64,000 bases of DNA from Podarcis cretensis (lineage: Eukaryota): positions 41,354,001 through 41,418,000 of the forward strand of contig OX638160.1 in NCBI GenBank assembly GCA_951804945.1. The letters are read 5' to 3'. The position numbers and the translations under genes were made by a program. Of the stretch, positions 1-13,759 are shown piece after piece (the first letter of the stretch is position 1; each line of letters opens with the position of its first letter). The notes under the pieces were generated by a model. That model was not told the DNA's origin. It ran no database searches and saw only the letters and a list, made by a program, of their open reading frames with translations.

Positions 1-689
1 TATAGAATACTAGACGGACACTATACAAATATAACAAATAATCAGCAGCTGAACTGATAACGGCAGCACTGCTTTCTTCCCACCCATAGTGGTGAAAGTA
101 CAGCACAGCAGAAAGCAGGCCAGCAGCAACCCCACCTGTGTCCCTAACTTAAGAGCTAAGGTCAGGATTTCTTATGTCTTGACCTAGTTTGTACTGCAAT
201 CTAGGTAAAGCATGTTCAAAAATAGCTTCCAAAGTGCTTTTTTAAAAAGAACTTCAGTGATCACTGCTGTAAAAATTGTAACATGGGAATAATTTTGGAC
301 AAATACAGGAAGAATCAATGATTTTATCAGAGAGAGAGAGGATGGGAGGGAGAATGAAAGTTTCTTTTGATTTTTCTACACTCATGGTTTTTAATTGAAA
401 CTATTTATTCATAGTTTTAATCCTAACAGTTTACTAACTGAATAACAGGATAAGCTTCAAAAGCTGAAAAGCATGATATTAAACAAAAAGACGAACATAA
501 GCTGTGAAGCTGAAAAAAGCTCATCGACTCAGATCCACTGTAAAATAACAACAAATCCTGTTGTTTCTCTTTCAATTTATCAGAGGACTCATTTATCCAT
601 CCATTCCAGAGGGGGCACCTAGTGTAGAATGTAGGTGGCAGGTTGGTAAGTGTGGCACCCTAATGGCGCCATGTGTCACAAGTCTTGGA

Positions 690-772
690 AGCACCCTCTG
701 GTTGCCACTGAGCTACCGAGTGAAATCCAAGGTATTCATACCAGCATATAAAACCCTAAGTTTAATGGAGCT
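690..772 (+). mobile_element. L2 ORF2 remnant (other remnants at ~63190-63300 minus; tails at 8922-8995 and 35921-35990 minus)
   Basis: LWLPLSYRVKSKVFIPAYKTL resembles the L2 motif LHWLPVxxRIxFKxLxxxYKxL. Confidence 0.55.
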
Positions 773-1005
773 TACTCCCAGGTGAGTGGAAACAGGACTG
801 TGGAATAAGTAGTGCGGAAATCAGGCCCCAGCACAACATTATAGTTTTTAACAGCACCAGTGCTTCAATCCATTATACTGCTCTGCTAAATTGGGTCAAC
901 CAGCACTTCCAGGTGTGTTAGTTGAATTAAGCAAAATTGGCACAAAAGTGGAGAAGTGGCATGGAAGTGTCTAGACAAATAACTGGTGAACAATCCTAGA
1001 TTATA

Positions 1006-1416
1006 CAGTAGTGGCCAAAATTGGGGAAACCTTTTGGAGAAAGTGTATTTTCGAGGTTTGATGGCTCACAACACCACCTTTTTTTGGAGTAATACCATCA
1101 AATAATACCATCTTTCCATTGATATATTATTTTATGGTATTACGCAAAAAAAGTGGTGCTATGAGCCATAATTGCCAAAACAAGATGACACCTGATTGGC
1201 TCTCTAAACACTCCTTTTTCTGGTTATTTGGCTATAACTTTTGATAGAGTGCAGATTATTGAACAAACTTTGTTGCATTAGATTCTTCATTAGATTATCT
1301 TTCTATTGATATATAATTTTATGGTATTACTAAAAAAAAAAAAAAGTAGTGTTATAAGCCATCAAACCTCAGAAATACACTTTCCCCAAAAGGTTTCCAC
1401 AATTTTGGAACTAGTG
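1006..1416. mobile_element. Tc1-like MITE with ~93-bp TIRs
   Basis: TA-flanked. Left CAGTAGTGGCCAAAATTG...GTAATACCAT (1006-1098) mirrors 1321-1416. Confidence 0.85.
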
Positions 1417-2427
1417 TACCTATCAATATTATCACAAACCATGGGTCTGATAAACAGTTACTACAGTTTTGCAACTGACATGCAGCAGAGCTAGACAAAG
1501 CTGACTCATTTTGCTACAGTGGTATCCTGTACAAATCAGATCAGCATCCTTCCTTCTATGCACTGTTGAAGTTATGCACATCTCTGAATATCAGCTGTTA
1601 GGCTAATCCACTGCAATGAACCCATTGGGCAAGGCAGACACCTGTTGTTAATCCACTCTGGCTTTGGCTCTTGGCTTCACTGCAGGCATTTCTTTTGCTC
1701 ACTAGTGACCTTTGGAGAGTAGCTTTATACAACTGCTTTGTATTAGCAAGCTTTACTATGGAGACAACAGAAACAAGGCTTGAATCTCTGTGCTGCAAAA
1801 CAAAGCACAGCAATACTGAAAAGGGTTATTAATGGAAGACGTCAAAAGTTATTACGAAAATCACTTACTGCTTATTTAAACCCAACACTTACTGCATATA
1901 TAAACCTTGTCACAGTGCAAGGCTGAAACAAATGACAACTTTTAAAAAACTAGGTAAAGAGGCCTGTAATCCAAAATGTCTTTGATCAATGCCCCATTTG
2001 TGGTTCTCACGTCTATTTTAACCATTATTCAGTCTGATGTATTTGACCTTTAGGATAGAATATAGCCAATGGCTTTTACATTTATTTGCTCCATTGTGTC
2101 ACTGTAATTGAGTTCACCTAGAGAGACATCTGAAATTTTAATAACAATAATCGTTTAGGCACTAAATTTGGTGCTTTTAATCATAGGGGCAAATGGCCTC
2201 TTTTCAGCTAATCTGCTAAGTGGGGAAAAATCTGAAGTACTGCACTCCAGAGTGATGACCATCTCTCTTATTTTTATAGTACTGTTTGCCTCAGTTTCCA
2301 TCATCTTTTGATAACTTCAGATTCTGATAATTTGGGGAGATATTCTGAATGAGGGGTTTGGACAAAAAAATATGTATTGTACATTAAACAAGACTGAGTT
2401 CTATAACATAGGAGCTCACAACACCAT

Positions 2428-2780
2428 TGAGCCTCTTGGGCATGTCAATAGGAAGGCTGGTAGTTCAAATCCATGCCATGGGGTGAGCTCCCTTTGTTCT
2501 GTCCCAGCTTCTGCCAGTTTAGCAGTTCGAAAGCACACCAGTGAAGGAGATAAATAGGTACCAATGTGGCAGGAAGGTAAACAATATTTCTGTGGGCTCT
2601 GGCACTCGTTACTGTCCTCCTCACACCAGCAGCAGTTTAGTCATGCTGGCCACATGACCCAGAAAGCGGACTGTGGGCAAACACCAGCTCCCTCGGCCTG
2701 AAAAGCAAGATGAGTGCCACACCCCACAATCGCTTTTGACTGGACTTAACTGTCCATGGGTCCTTTACCATTTACTTTTA
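2428..2780 (+). mobile_element. Sauria SINE, older and 5'-eroded
   Basis: gggtgagctccc...agcagttcgaaagcac...gataaataggtacc...tcctttaccatttactttta. Confidence 0.85.
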
Positions 2781-3237
2781 CTAGTATTTGATTCTGTTTA
2801 CTGAACTGGGAAGCTAGTACAGCGAGTGCATGCTGGGAAACACAATTCCTTCAACTTTTTACCTTCGCATTGTGTTTGAGCCCTTACTTTAATATATAGT
2901 AGCAAAACAGAGATGACTGGCAAAATTCATGATTGCCTGAGCCAAGAACTCCCAGCAAGTAATCTAGTCAGCTCACGAAGTAGGATTCTCTCTTACCCAA
3001 TTCAGAACTCAACTATGTTGCAGATCAAGGTTTCACACACCTGGTCAAACAGAACAATGCCATTTATACCATACTTCCTGATAACCAGACTCCAGCACAA
3101 AACATGGCTGAGACACGATTACAATCATTAAGCCCACTCTAATTTCCAACTTTTAGTAAGGAGACCCCACCTAACCTCTAAAAGGGTGGAGAAAACCATA
3201 GTTTCTCCTTCTTACTTCATCTTAACCTCACTTCCAG

Positions 3238-3407
3238 CAGTGGCTGATTTTGGGGAGCTCAAATGGTTTGGTCACATTGGGCGCTGAGCCTTGGGGGTGC
3301 CACAGGGGCCACTGCAACTATGATTAAAAATGGAATGCTAAAAGCAAGGGGGGGAGCAAATTTTGGTGTTGCATAGGCACCACGGAAATTTGAGCAGTCT
3401 GCCACTG
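3238..3407. mobile_element. Old hAT-like MITE
   Basis: CAGTGGC...GCCACTG termini; flanking duplication CTTCCAG (3231-3237, 3408-3414). Confidence 0.6.
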
Positions 3408-3419
3408 CTTCCAGGCATT

Positions 3420-4078
3420 CCTATGAAACTAAATTCCTATAAAACAGATTGGATTTGGGTGCTCTGAATACTCTTCTTTTATCTGAATCCCACTATGTGC
3501 TAGGAGCATTTCAGTGCAGCACAGCACACTGGACCAAGAAGCTCTTTGGTAAAGGCATTCTATTGCCCAGCTGCAATAGCAGAGCTTTTTGAGTCTAAGA
3601 GCTGGAAATCATACAAAAACCTAAGGCGTAGACTCCCTGGCCCAAGCTTCTGGTTCTGACCAACACAGGCACATATTGCTACCAATTAACAGGATCCCCT
3701 CTATGCATTGGAAAGATAACTTTAAATCTCCTTTCTGCCTTCTGGAGCTTCATGTCAAGTGGGGACGCTCCACCCTTTTTCATCCATGTCGTTAGCATGG
3801 TAATATTTTTACTCTTTTAAGAACTTATTTTATTTAGGGTTGTAAATGTATTAGGTTAAATGTACCCATGAATTTATGTTTATATGCTACACCACACTTG
3901 ATTAGCTGGTAACTGAATTCCTTTTCTCACCCATCTGTAATAAACATCTTTTTAAGCGTGCTGTTGTTGTGGGTGTAAATCCCTAGGATTCTGAACTTCT
4001 TAGTTGCAATTTCAGAGTAGCACGCCGCTGACCCATGTAAAAGATCCCTCTCTTACAGAAGTGTGTGTAGGGGTTACA
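3420..4078 (+). mobile_element. Degenerate LTR-like remnant
   Basis: TATAAAA ~3438, AATAAA ~3939, terminal ...GGGGTTACA. 5' end not resolved. Confidence 0.35.
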
Positions 4079-4906
4079 TGTGAAACACACACACACAAGC
4101 TTTTTTTTAAGAAATACATACCACCCAGAGTGGTGTAATAGGCCAATTTCTATGCAGGAAAAAATAGATAATAAGGCAAGGTGTTTCTGGACTTCTGATT
4201 GTTTCTCGATTATTTCCAGATATACAGATAAATCCAGATATACAAAAAAAGTAGTATTTTATTCATGATTGCATTCTCATTTCAGTTCTCAGACAAAGTT
4301 TCTTCTCCAAAGTACCTGTGACTCTAAGGGATCATCTTAAGTGAAAGTCTAAGTGAACATGTGACTGGGTAATGAAGTAAAGCTGCACTCCATAAAGTGA
4401 AGGAAAGAAGCAGTGTGTCCAAGCTGAGCCACTTTCTTCCCCAAATCATCTTCCTACATGGATTAATCACCTTGTTTGCCTTAGTTGTGCTTCACTTTGC
4501 TGAACTCCCACTTTCAACAGGGATGCACAGGTGCTACCTCCCTTTATTCACAACTCACTAAAGTATTGGTCTATACCTAACTCAATAAAATGCCTGGAGT
4601 CCCCCGTCCCCTGCAACAGGCATCACTTAGCTTGGGCAGGGATGTGTACTGTCAATGCATGTTGATGATATCATTCACTGCACATAATCACAGCCGCCTG
4701 CACAGAAGCAGGGAGCTCTCTTGTGCTCCTCTGCTGAGCTGGGAGATCAAGAGGAATGGCTGTTAATTTTTGGCCCAGAGTGCTGCATTCATATGAATCG
4801 TCAACCATTGTTGTTATGCTAGGCAACGGATCCAAGTCTGGAATTCATCAAATCTACCTGACTATTTAGAAACAGCCAGGAAAAATAATATACATTTTGC
4901 TTAGAC

Positions 4907-4907
<1 letters not shown>

Positions 4908-4942
<35 letters not shown>

Positions 4943-5148
4943 GTTCTGCTTTACAGTGTGGGTTGGATCCAGCCCAAGTCAGAAGAGATCTGTGGGACTT
5001 TTATGATGACTAATATCTCATTGATTTCAATAGGACCCAAGTTCAACTAACTTAGTCTACCCCATTGTCTCCAAAAACAACTCACATTACACACACACAC
5101 ACAGAGAGAGAGAGAGAGGGAGGGAGGGAGAGAGAGAGAGAGAGAGAG
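4908..5148. repeat. Microsatellites (GTT)n 4908-4940 and (CA)n(GA)n 5088-5148
   Basis: Direct reading of the sequence. Confidence 0.95.
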
Positions 5149-5171
5149 ACCCTGGTCTTGTTTACAAACTA

Positions 5172-5408
5172 CAGTGGACGCTCGGTTTGCAAACGTGATC
5201 TGGGCGGGATGCATGTTCGCAACCCGCATCTGCACATGTGCGGGTTGCATTTTGGCGCTTCTGCGCATGCGCAAAGCGCAAGTTAGCGCTTCTGCGCATG
5301 CACGACTTCTGAAACCCGGAAGTAACCCGTTGCGGTACTTCTGGGTTTCGGCGGTCCGCAACCCGGAAAAAACGCAACCTGAAGCGGCTGTAACCAGAGG
5401 TATGACTG
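5172..5408. mobile_element. Tigger/pogo-type MITE (CpG-rich subfamily)
   Basis: TA|CAGTGGACGCTCGGTTTGC ... GTAACCAGAGGTATGACTG|TA. Confidence 0.8.
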
Positions 5409-5764
5409 TATAAAGACAAAATACACAAGGGGAAGAAAGAAAAAGTGGAGAAGATGAATCAGTTTGTTAATGGCAAAACGAAGAGGTAAATTGTGAATAG
5501 TATTGATATCTGTTCGGAGACAGGCGGATTTTCATTTGCTGGTGTTCTTTTCTGGATAGAAGGGATTCAACTACCTGATAGCACCTTAGTTCTCTAACTT
5601 GCGACAGAGGGCAGGGTATGCTTCCCCTTGCTTCTCCAGTCTCAGGGCAAATGGCATTAAATATAATGTAAAAAGAGCACATGGGCGTGCATGCAAAAAT
5701 AGAGCTAGACAATTCACCTTCTACAGATTTTGCAACTTCCTTAGCAGCACTCAGCTTATGCAAA

Positions 5765-5867
5765 CTGGAAGGTGGTGGACTCTCCTTTCAATGTTTTTTA
5801 AGCAGAAGTTTGATGGACATCTGTCAGGAATTCTGTGGGGGTACCTTCTAACCCCATGATTCTATGA
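5765..5867 (+). mobile_element. CR1 LINE 3' end
   Basis: ggtggactctcctt...gtttttaagcagaagtttgatggacatctgtcagga...atgattctatga. Confidence 0.65.
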
Positions 5868-8459
5868 AACAATAACCCCAAATATGGGAAGTATAATATG
5901 GGAAGCATAAAATTCACAATAAAATTTAATGTGTATTTTCACTGGCATTGCTTCTGTTTATAGAGTACATATATGGTGTCTGCCTTTTGGAAAAGTTATT
6001 GCTTGTGATAACCTCCTTTCTGTAACAAGCAACATGCAACACATCTATCAGCTATTACCTCTATTTTAATATTTATACTTTCAAATCCAATCTATAGGCC
6101 AAACAAAGTTTTCTACTCATTCAGCTGCCTAAGACACAGCCCTCCAGGACCCTTTCAGGCAAAAGTTCAATTGGAACAAATTGGATTTTCAAAAATACTG
6201 AGCATTTCTTGAGCATGGTTGTGCACTTGTGCAACTCACATTATAACAACTGATTCCAGTGGCACTAAACTGACTAAATCAAAATACATAACAATATGAT
6301 CAGATTGTACCTATGCCAATTCAGAACTGAAGCTGCTGCAAATCTAAGATGAATTTAACATTCAAAAACCATACTGATAGCTATTCTGTCAAAGGGACAG
6401 ACTGAGGCTACAATCCTATACACAGTTATCAAAGAGCAAGTCCCACTTAAACCAGTGTGACTTTTTTTAGTATTCATGCACCGGACTGCGCTATAAATAT
6501 TATGATGTTGCAGGGAATATAAAGTCAGTAGGTTATCTGTTTTAATTTCTGTGTGGTTTTATTGTACAGATGTACAGATGTATTGTATAGATGTAAACCA
6601 CTTTGGTCTTTTTAAAAAGAAACTGTGGTATATAAACATTTTTATAAAGGAAGGAAAGGAATTGCTTAGACCTCACACTCAAGCAAGTTCTTACACTGCA
6701 AATTTGATAACTAACTGCTGCTTTTTATCTCAGTAGGGAAACAAACTTGTGTTTGAGAGTCTCATGAAAACAGAAATGTGTAGTTTGCCTCTAAAACTAG
6801 TTTCATAGCTTATCTCTTACTTTCTCAGCTTATTCTAGTTGAAGCAATTGTAGACACTCTCCCCCTCAAAAAGCCAATCTAGCACTCAGATATGGCACAT
6901 TTCTGCATTGTGCAGTCCAAAGTGAATTCTGCAAGACTGTTGCACTTTGTTGCAAAAGGAAACACATGAAATTCCAAGGCAAGAACTATGCTAAAAATAT
7001 AACCAGGATTGCTTGCAAGGAGAGAAGGGAGAGGGGGAATTTAAACATCCTTCTGCAAAAAATCAGTGCATAATATTGCATTCAAAGAGCAGTCAAGATT
7101 CCTAATTCTCTAGCCCACACACATGAAAATGCCTCAGTTCTTAAACTCTTACGTTTGCTAAAATACAGTCAGAATAAAATATTTTAAAAACAGGCCAGTA
7201 ATAATTATGAAAATAATAACACAATATATGAACTTTATAGATTTCATAATTCTCACCTTTAAAAAAAAAAAAATAGGCATACATGCATTAACTTACCCAA
7301 CAGCATTGCAGTCTCTTCTAATGAAAAGAAAGCTGGTAGTACAAATCTTCTTAAGCCTCCAGTGGCATGAAAACTATTACAGAAATGAATAGAATAAAGT
7401 CTCCTGAGCCTTTCCCCTGCCGGCCTGTTTTACAAAAACCAGTTAGGATCACACTGAGAAGTGTCAAACCTGAATAAGCCACCAGCAATTGGACATATAG
7501 CCTCAGGGCAGTTAGCTTTTTCATAGGTGATCATTTGATTCTGTCCAGAAAAAAGAAGACTCCTACAATATGCAGGGAAACAATGCACAATCTGCTACAG
7601 ACAGCAGGCTGAGACATGTAGACAAAGAATCAGTTTTCTTCAAAAGACTTGGATGAGAGAGCTTGTCACAGAAAAATAACTCAGGCACCCTGAAATTACA
7701 TCAAACCAATCCATCTAAATTCTGTCAATCTGCTGCTTTTCTCACTGCATTTTAAGAGCTGTTCAACTGCAGCATGGCAGAGTCCCTGCATTTATGGTGT
7801 AATTTATGATCACAAGAGCACCTCTCCTTTCCCCCTTACATATTCAAATGCATGTTTGAGCACTACAGAAAGCAAGTTGCAATCAAATACATTTGTCCTA
7901 GCTCTATTAAGCAGGGCTTAAATTTAAGAGCTAGACCTTTATTGGTATATTTGTTTAAGGTATTCAATAACCATGATCCTATTCTCCAATCTAGGAGGAA
8001 TCCACTTCCATACATTAAAAATTGAGTGCATAGCCATGAAGAATTTGAAAGAAAACGGTTTACAAACTCCTACTACTACTACTAGGAGATAAAGTGAAAT
8101 AAAGGCACCCACATTTGCATTGCTATGTAAACTTTGCTTGCATGCTTGAACTATTTCTTATGTATAATAAAAAAAATTAAGAGTGTCATTATGCAGACCG
8201 CATTGGAAGATTTGTAGTGCCTCATCACAATCCTGGATTTGCATGAAGTCAGAGCTGGGAAGGGGAGCAGAAGACAAGGCAGGCTGCACAACAGCAGTGG
8301 CCATGATATGGGAACGAGATGAGAGGAACACTGAGGGTGAAAGTAGTGGCTTATAACAATGAGAGGGGTGTGAATAGATTCAAAAGGGAAGAACACAGGG
8401 GTTACAAGGAGATATAGCACATATGGGTACAACACAGAAGCTAACACCTTTGCACTGTA

Positions 8460-8700
8460 CAGTGGTACCTCGGGTTACATACACTTCAAGTTACATACGC
8501 TTCAGGTTACAGACTCCGCTAACCCAGAAATAGTACCTCAGGTTAAGAACTTTGCTTCAGGATGAGAACAGAAATCGTGCTCTGGCAGCGTGGCAGCAGC
8601 AGGAGGCCCCATTAGCTAAAGTGGTGCTTCAGGTTAAGAACAGCTTCAGGTTAAGAACGGACCTCCGGAACGAATTAAGTATGTAATCAGAGGTACCATG
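8460..8700 (-). mobile_element. Tigger-type MITE family A (orientation B)
   Basis: TA|CAGTGGTACCTCGGGTTAC...GAGGTACCA(C)TG|TA. Reverse complement of the copies at 13518, 16460 and 38296. Confidence 0.9.
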
Positions 8701-10620
8701 TACTCAAACTTCACCTTCTTTCATCCTTCAGCTGCCTCAGGTGAGATAAATATAGGATGTGGAACCCTCAAATATTCCATAATACCTTCACACAATGTAT
8801 TTCACTCTTGGTACCATGTATTATCTCCAACACAAAATGCCAGATTCAAGTATTTTATTAACCAGCAAACATCCATACATGCACAACATCAATCAACTGA
8901 ACTTAACATTCTTTAACTGAACAATAATAATAATAAAAAAATTGTATTTGTACCCCGCCCTCCACGGCCGGAGCCGGGCTCAGAGCGGCTAACATCATAT
9001 AAATAATACAATATGCAACAAGCTAAGTGACTGGATTGCTCTTAAAATTATGTTCATCTAAAAAGATACAGTGGCAAATAACATAATGGGGGGTGCAAAG
9101 AGGGCTGCAAAATAGGAGAGGACAGGAGACGTGCATGTGGGGGTGATCTGCGTGGAAGGAGGACTTGAGAAAAGGAAGAGGTAGGAGAAAGGGGTGGATG
9201 TACTAACAAGGTATGTGTCTGCAAAGGGGAGCTGGGGAATAGGAAAGAGGAGGAGGCATGAAAATGAAGGTGGTCTGCGTGCAAGGGGGAGCTGCTTCCG
9301 TGGCTGAATTGGCCCAGTCAGGAGCAGAACCAGAGCACTGGCTGGCTGGGAAGCTGGAACAGAAGAGAGGGAAGAGATAAAACCCTCCCCTCACCCTCTA
9401 TTGATTCCCCCATGATCCACATCCAACCAACTTTGCCTCCACAACCCCCTCAGCTTCCACCCCAATTGTATTAAGCCCCCTACAGTATTTATAACCACAA
9501 TCCCTACGCAACCCCACCTCTTGCCCTTCAGCGCCCCACGGCCAGCATTTGTAGAAGACCCTATTTTGCCACCTAGGAAATGCCCTCCCCCCAGCACACA
9601 TGCACATAACACCCCCATTCCGCTCTATTCTATTAACATACTATTTCACAAACCCAATATTAGCATACTACTGAATCCTACCACTTGAATATAATATTGG
9701 ATGTTTAACCACTGTAGTGCAATGCAATCCTGTTCATGCAAGACATTCAAGCAAGTCCACTGTTGTTCCATGAAACTTATTCAAAATCGTGGAAACCTAG
9801 GATTGAAGCCTTAAGCATCCCAAAATACCAGAGCAATAGATTTGTGTTAACATGGAATACATATAGAACAAAGGTGGGTGGGTGTGTTTAAAACCATTTC
9901 TATAGTATAAGTTACTTCTGGATAAACAAAGGTAGGAAGATATGTTTAATATTTAACAGATAGTGTGACATATAAATTGCCCCAAATGATTGATGTACTA
10001 TAGTAAGAACTTGGAAATTAATTAATGATTATGTCTGGTAGCAAAGAGCACACAATCAGCAGTCATATATAATTCAGCCAAAACATGCCATTTCATTTTG
10101 GGATTTGTCATTATGACGTACATTGCCAACAGCATTTTTACTAACCAGATTAATTTTGCTGAATAAATTGATTTCAGATACACACACACACACATTTAGC
10201 TTAGAGTACTGAATCTGACTAACACAGAAGTATAAAAAGGCATCTAATTTGAATCAAGCATCCTTTGGTTTGCTGATGAATAGCAAACCAAAGGCAGCAC
10301 AACCAACTGCTAACAAAAAGTTATGCTTTCTGTGAACTAATGAAAAAAAAATAGTGAAACACATGTAGCTCTGCATAGCTGGCATTTTTTTAAAAAAACA
10401 AAACAAGAAAGTTCAGAATTTCATAATTTACAAATTCATGATGTTTCAAGGAAATTGAGGAGAAGACATGGATCCTAGTCCTAGGTGAAGCATTCTATAA
10501 CACTTAATTTCAATATCCCTTAAATTTCAAAAAGTACTGTGTGTTATCTCTGTCAAAAAATAAGAGTGATTGCTTCAATAGATAGGCACAAAGATATGCT
10601 CACATCCTGGAGTCATGTGA

Positions 10621-10647
10621 AATCAATCAATCAATCAATCAATCAAT
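10621..10647. repeat. (AATC)n microsatellite
   Basis: aatcaatcaatc... about 6.7 units. Confidence 0.95.
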
Positions 10648-11499
10648 GTAATTATAAATATATCTATCTGAACTTTGATGGTTCCACATAGATTGAGGTT
10701 TCGAGACAGATTTGCGATTTGAAAAGGATATACAAACTGCACACAGCTGAGTCTAATTGCTACACACTGTTATAACTTTACACTAAGTAAAAGGAAAAGC
10801 CACTTGTGTATTGTAAATTGGATTTGGTCTGTTCCCTGTGGGATTGTAATACTAACAGTCAAATCAAAGAGTTTTAGCTCCATTTAATCCTTCTACAATC
10901 TGCTTTTCCCCCCCTTCAGTGCAGAGCCACTGAAGCCAAATGATTCCCAGTGCCATAAAGTCCAGCTGATTTATCCCCCTGCTGGGAAACGTCAATAGAA
11001 CAACCTACAGCCTGATATCCTGCACATCATGCACCCAACAAATCAAAAGGGGTTGACAGCCCTCCAATTCAACCGTGCATGTGTTTTCTGCTGGCGGTAG
11101 ACACTACAATATGTTGCTTTCATTAATGTGCTTTTCATCTAAGTGCACTAATAACAACTATCCCCACCACCACCAGAGTGCTACACTTCTTATGGTAATC
11201 CTAATTCTGTTCCAGAAGCAAGCTGGTTTTCATTTCCAATTCCTTCTCTGAGATTTAATTTTCAGCTGCATTGCTCTCAGTAGCAGACAGTGGGAAGGGG
11301 TGGCGACACTCACCTGACAGCTGTGACTACTGCTTACAGGGGAGGGACAAGGTGGCAGGCAGGGAGACTTGTGTAGTGCAAATGCACCAGACTGGCTCTG
11401 CTGGTGCATTTACACTGCGCCATCCTCCCTGCCACCTCGCTCCTCCTCTTCTCTGTATACCACTTTGTGATCCTTGAAAGATAAAGGTGGCATACAGGT

Positions 11500-11950
11500 G
11501 CAGCAAGGACCTTAATTGCCAGAAATTGGAAAAAAGAATTTGTGCCAACAAAAAAGGAATGGCAGGATAAATTATTAGATTATACTGAACTGGCCAGATT
11601 AACAGAGACAATTAGGGGACAACCCAGACAAGAATTTCAAAAAGAATGGGGGAAATGCAGAGAACACTTTACCAAACATTGCCCCAAAATATATCCCTGG
11701 ACTTGTTTCAATTAATTTCTACAGGAGACTTTGTGGTTTTGTAAGTCATAACTAGGAAAATTTGTAATAATCACATATAAAAGAAACAGTACACAAGAAG
11801 TAAATAAGGAGGCTATTTACAGGATAAAGGAAGTCTTTTACTTTTATGTTATGTTTTCTTTATGTAAGGGGATAGGAGTTTAATTCTGATAAATTGTCAA
11901 TGGTGGTGGGTTTGTTCGTATATATGAGTTTTTGTGGACTATGTTGTAAA
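11500..11950 (+). mobile_element. L1-clade LINE 3' fragment (ORF2 C-terminus 11500-11715 plus 3'UTR)
   Basis: Manual translation AARTLIARNWKKEFVPTKKEWQDKLLDYTELARLT...FQKEWGKC...* matches the AARxxIAxxWK..PT..EW end of non-mammalian L1 ORF2. Confidence 0.7.
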
Positions 11951-12615
11951 CAGTTGCACTCCCAACTATTACATTAGCAGTTCAATCCTATGCATGGTTA
12001 CTCAAAAGTAAAAGGGGTGGGCCACCCATGAGGCAAGGAGAGGCCACCACCTCAAGTGGCAGAATCCACAGGGGCAGCAGATTCCAATGTAGATTTTTAT
12101 TCAAGGCCAACCCACCCATAAGACATGGTGAGGCAAGGTGAAGAAATTGCCTCAGGCAGCAGGACCCACCAGGAAAGCAGATTCCTATGTTGAACTGGGA
12201 AATGGGAGCCATTTTGGGGTCCACCTCAGGTGCCAAAATGTCTTGGCATGGCCCTGTCAGTGGGGCTTGCTCCCTAGAACTGCATATGACAGAGCTTTCC
12301 AAATTTCCCACGTTTGTGTTATGGAAAAATTTCCGGGGTGAGAGACTACTCAACAGTTCATTGGGGTGCAAGTCTATGTGGTCAGTAAGAGAAGGAAGTT
12401 CCAGCCAAGTAATTTGGAGCAAAACAGTGGTCAATAGATCACGATCTTTGTTGTTGCGCAACAGGTCCCCACAGGAGTATGAACCCAGAGCATGGGGTGA
12501 CATCCTCTTTTAAAACTTCCCTCTTTCCCCCAGAATTCACTTCGAGAAGCATCATTGATACATCATCACTACATCACTAGCATATCACAAATGGGGAGGG
12601 GTATAAAAGGGTTAT

Positions 12616-12965
12616 GGGATGCGGGTGGCACTGTAGGTTAAACCACAGAGCCTAGGACTTGCCAATCAGAAGGTTGGCGGTTTGAATCCCTGCGACAGGG
12701 TGAGCTCCCGTTGCTCAGTCCCTGCTCCTGCCAACCTAGCAGTTCGAAAGCATCTTAAAGTGCAAGTAGATAAATAGGTACCGCTCTGGTGGGAAGGTAA
12801 ACGGTGTTTCCGTGCACTGCTCTGGTTCACCAGAAGCGGCTTAGTCATGCTGGCCACATGACCCGGAAGCTGTACGCCGGCTCCCTCGGCCAATAAAGCA
12901 AGATGAGCGCCGTAACCCCAGAGCCGGCCACGACTGGACCTAATGGTCAGGGGTCCCTTTACCTT
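12616..12965 (+). mobile_element. Sauria SINE, full length
   Basis: tRNA-derived head gggatgcgggtggcactgtaggttaaacc...ggtttgaatccc, core gtgcaagtagataaataggtacc, (CCTTTA)n tail. 13-bp TSD TATAAAAGGGTTA/TATACAAGGGTTA. Confidence 0.93.
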
Positions 12966-13517
12966 TATACAAGGGTTACACAAATTCAACATTAGGTCAC
13001 TTTATCAGACACCTTTCCCAACACCTCTTAAGTACCCATCACCAAAAGAACAATAAAACTCTTTACATATCCTTGCCCTCAGAACTTGTCTGGAGATGGG
13101 CTTTCAGAACACCTGACTTGCTAAACTGCCTCTGTGGATGTCTATTGTTGCCCTCTTGGTCACTCCCTGCCTGGGTAGGGTGCCATGTACCTGCTCTCAC
13201 GCTTGGGGAATTATGGCGGGATGCCCTGTCCTTACTGCCTGCAGTGATTTCCTGCTTCTTGGTTCATGTAGGGAATTGGAGCCCAAATTCACCTTTCTTT
13301 AAGGGTTAAAACAGCGTTGGAATGAGGAGAGTCAGTGAAAGTATGGATTTCCTATGAATTTATAAAGCTAGGTTTCTTCCCTGAGCTGTCAAGTCGAAAG
13401 GATACATTCAGGCATAATATTTGTAACCTTGTAACAACTTTAAAGATGTACCCCCCCTGTCATTTCTGTAACAGTGGTGACACACTTTTTAGATATGCAT
13501 CATTTCGCAACACAGTA

Positions 13518-13759
13518 CAGTGGTACCTCGGGTTAAGTACTTAATTCGTTCCGGAGGTCCGTACTTAACCTGAAACTGTTCTTAACCTGAAGCACTACTT
13601 TAGCTAATGGGGCTTCCTGCTGCTGCCACGCCGCCAGAGCACGATTTCTGTTCTCATCCTGAAGCAAAGTTCTTAAGCTGAAGCACTATTTCTGGGTTAG
13701 CGGAGTCTGTAATCTGAAGCGTATGTAACCTGAAGCGTATGTATCCCAAGGTACCACTG
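13518..13759 (+). mobile_element. Tigger-type MITE family A
   Basis: TA|CAGTGGTACCTCGGGTTAAG...AAGGTACCACTG|TA. Confidence 0.92.

Noticed and set aside
9054-9620. Purine-rich then C-rich block with several short ORFs
   Set aside because: Low-complexity, probably a decayed repeat; no termini, TSD or protein motif identified.
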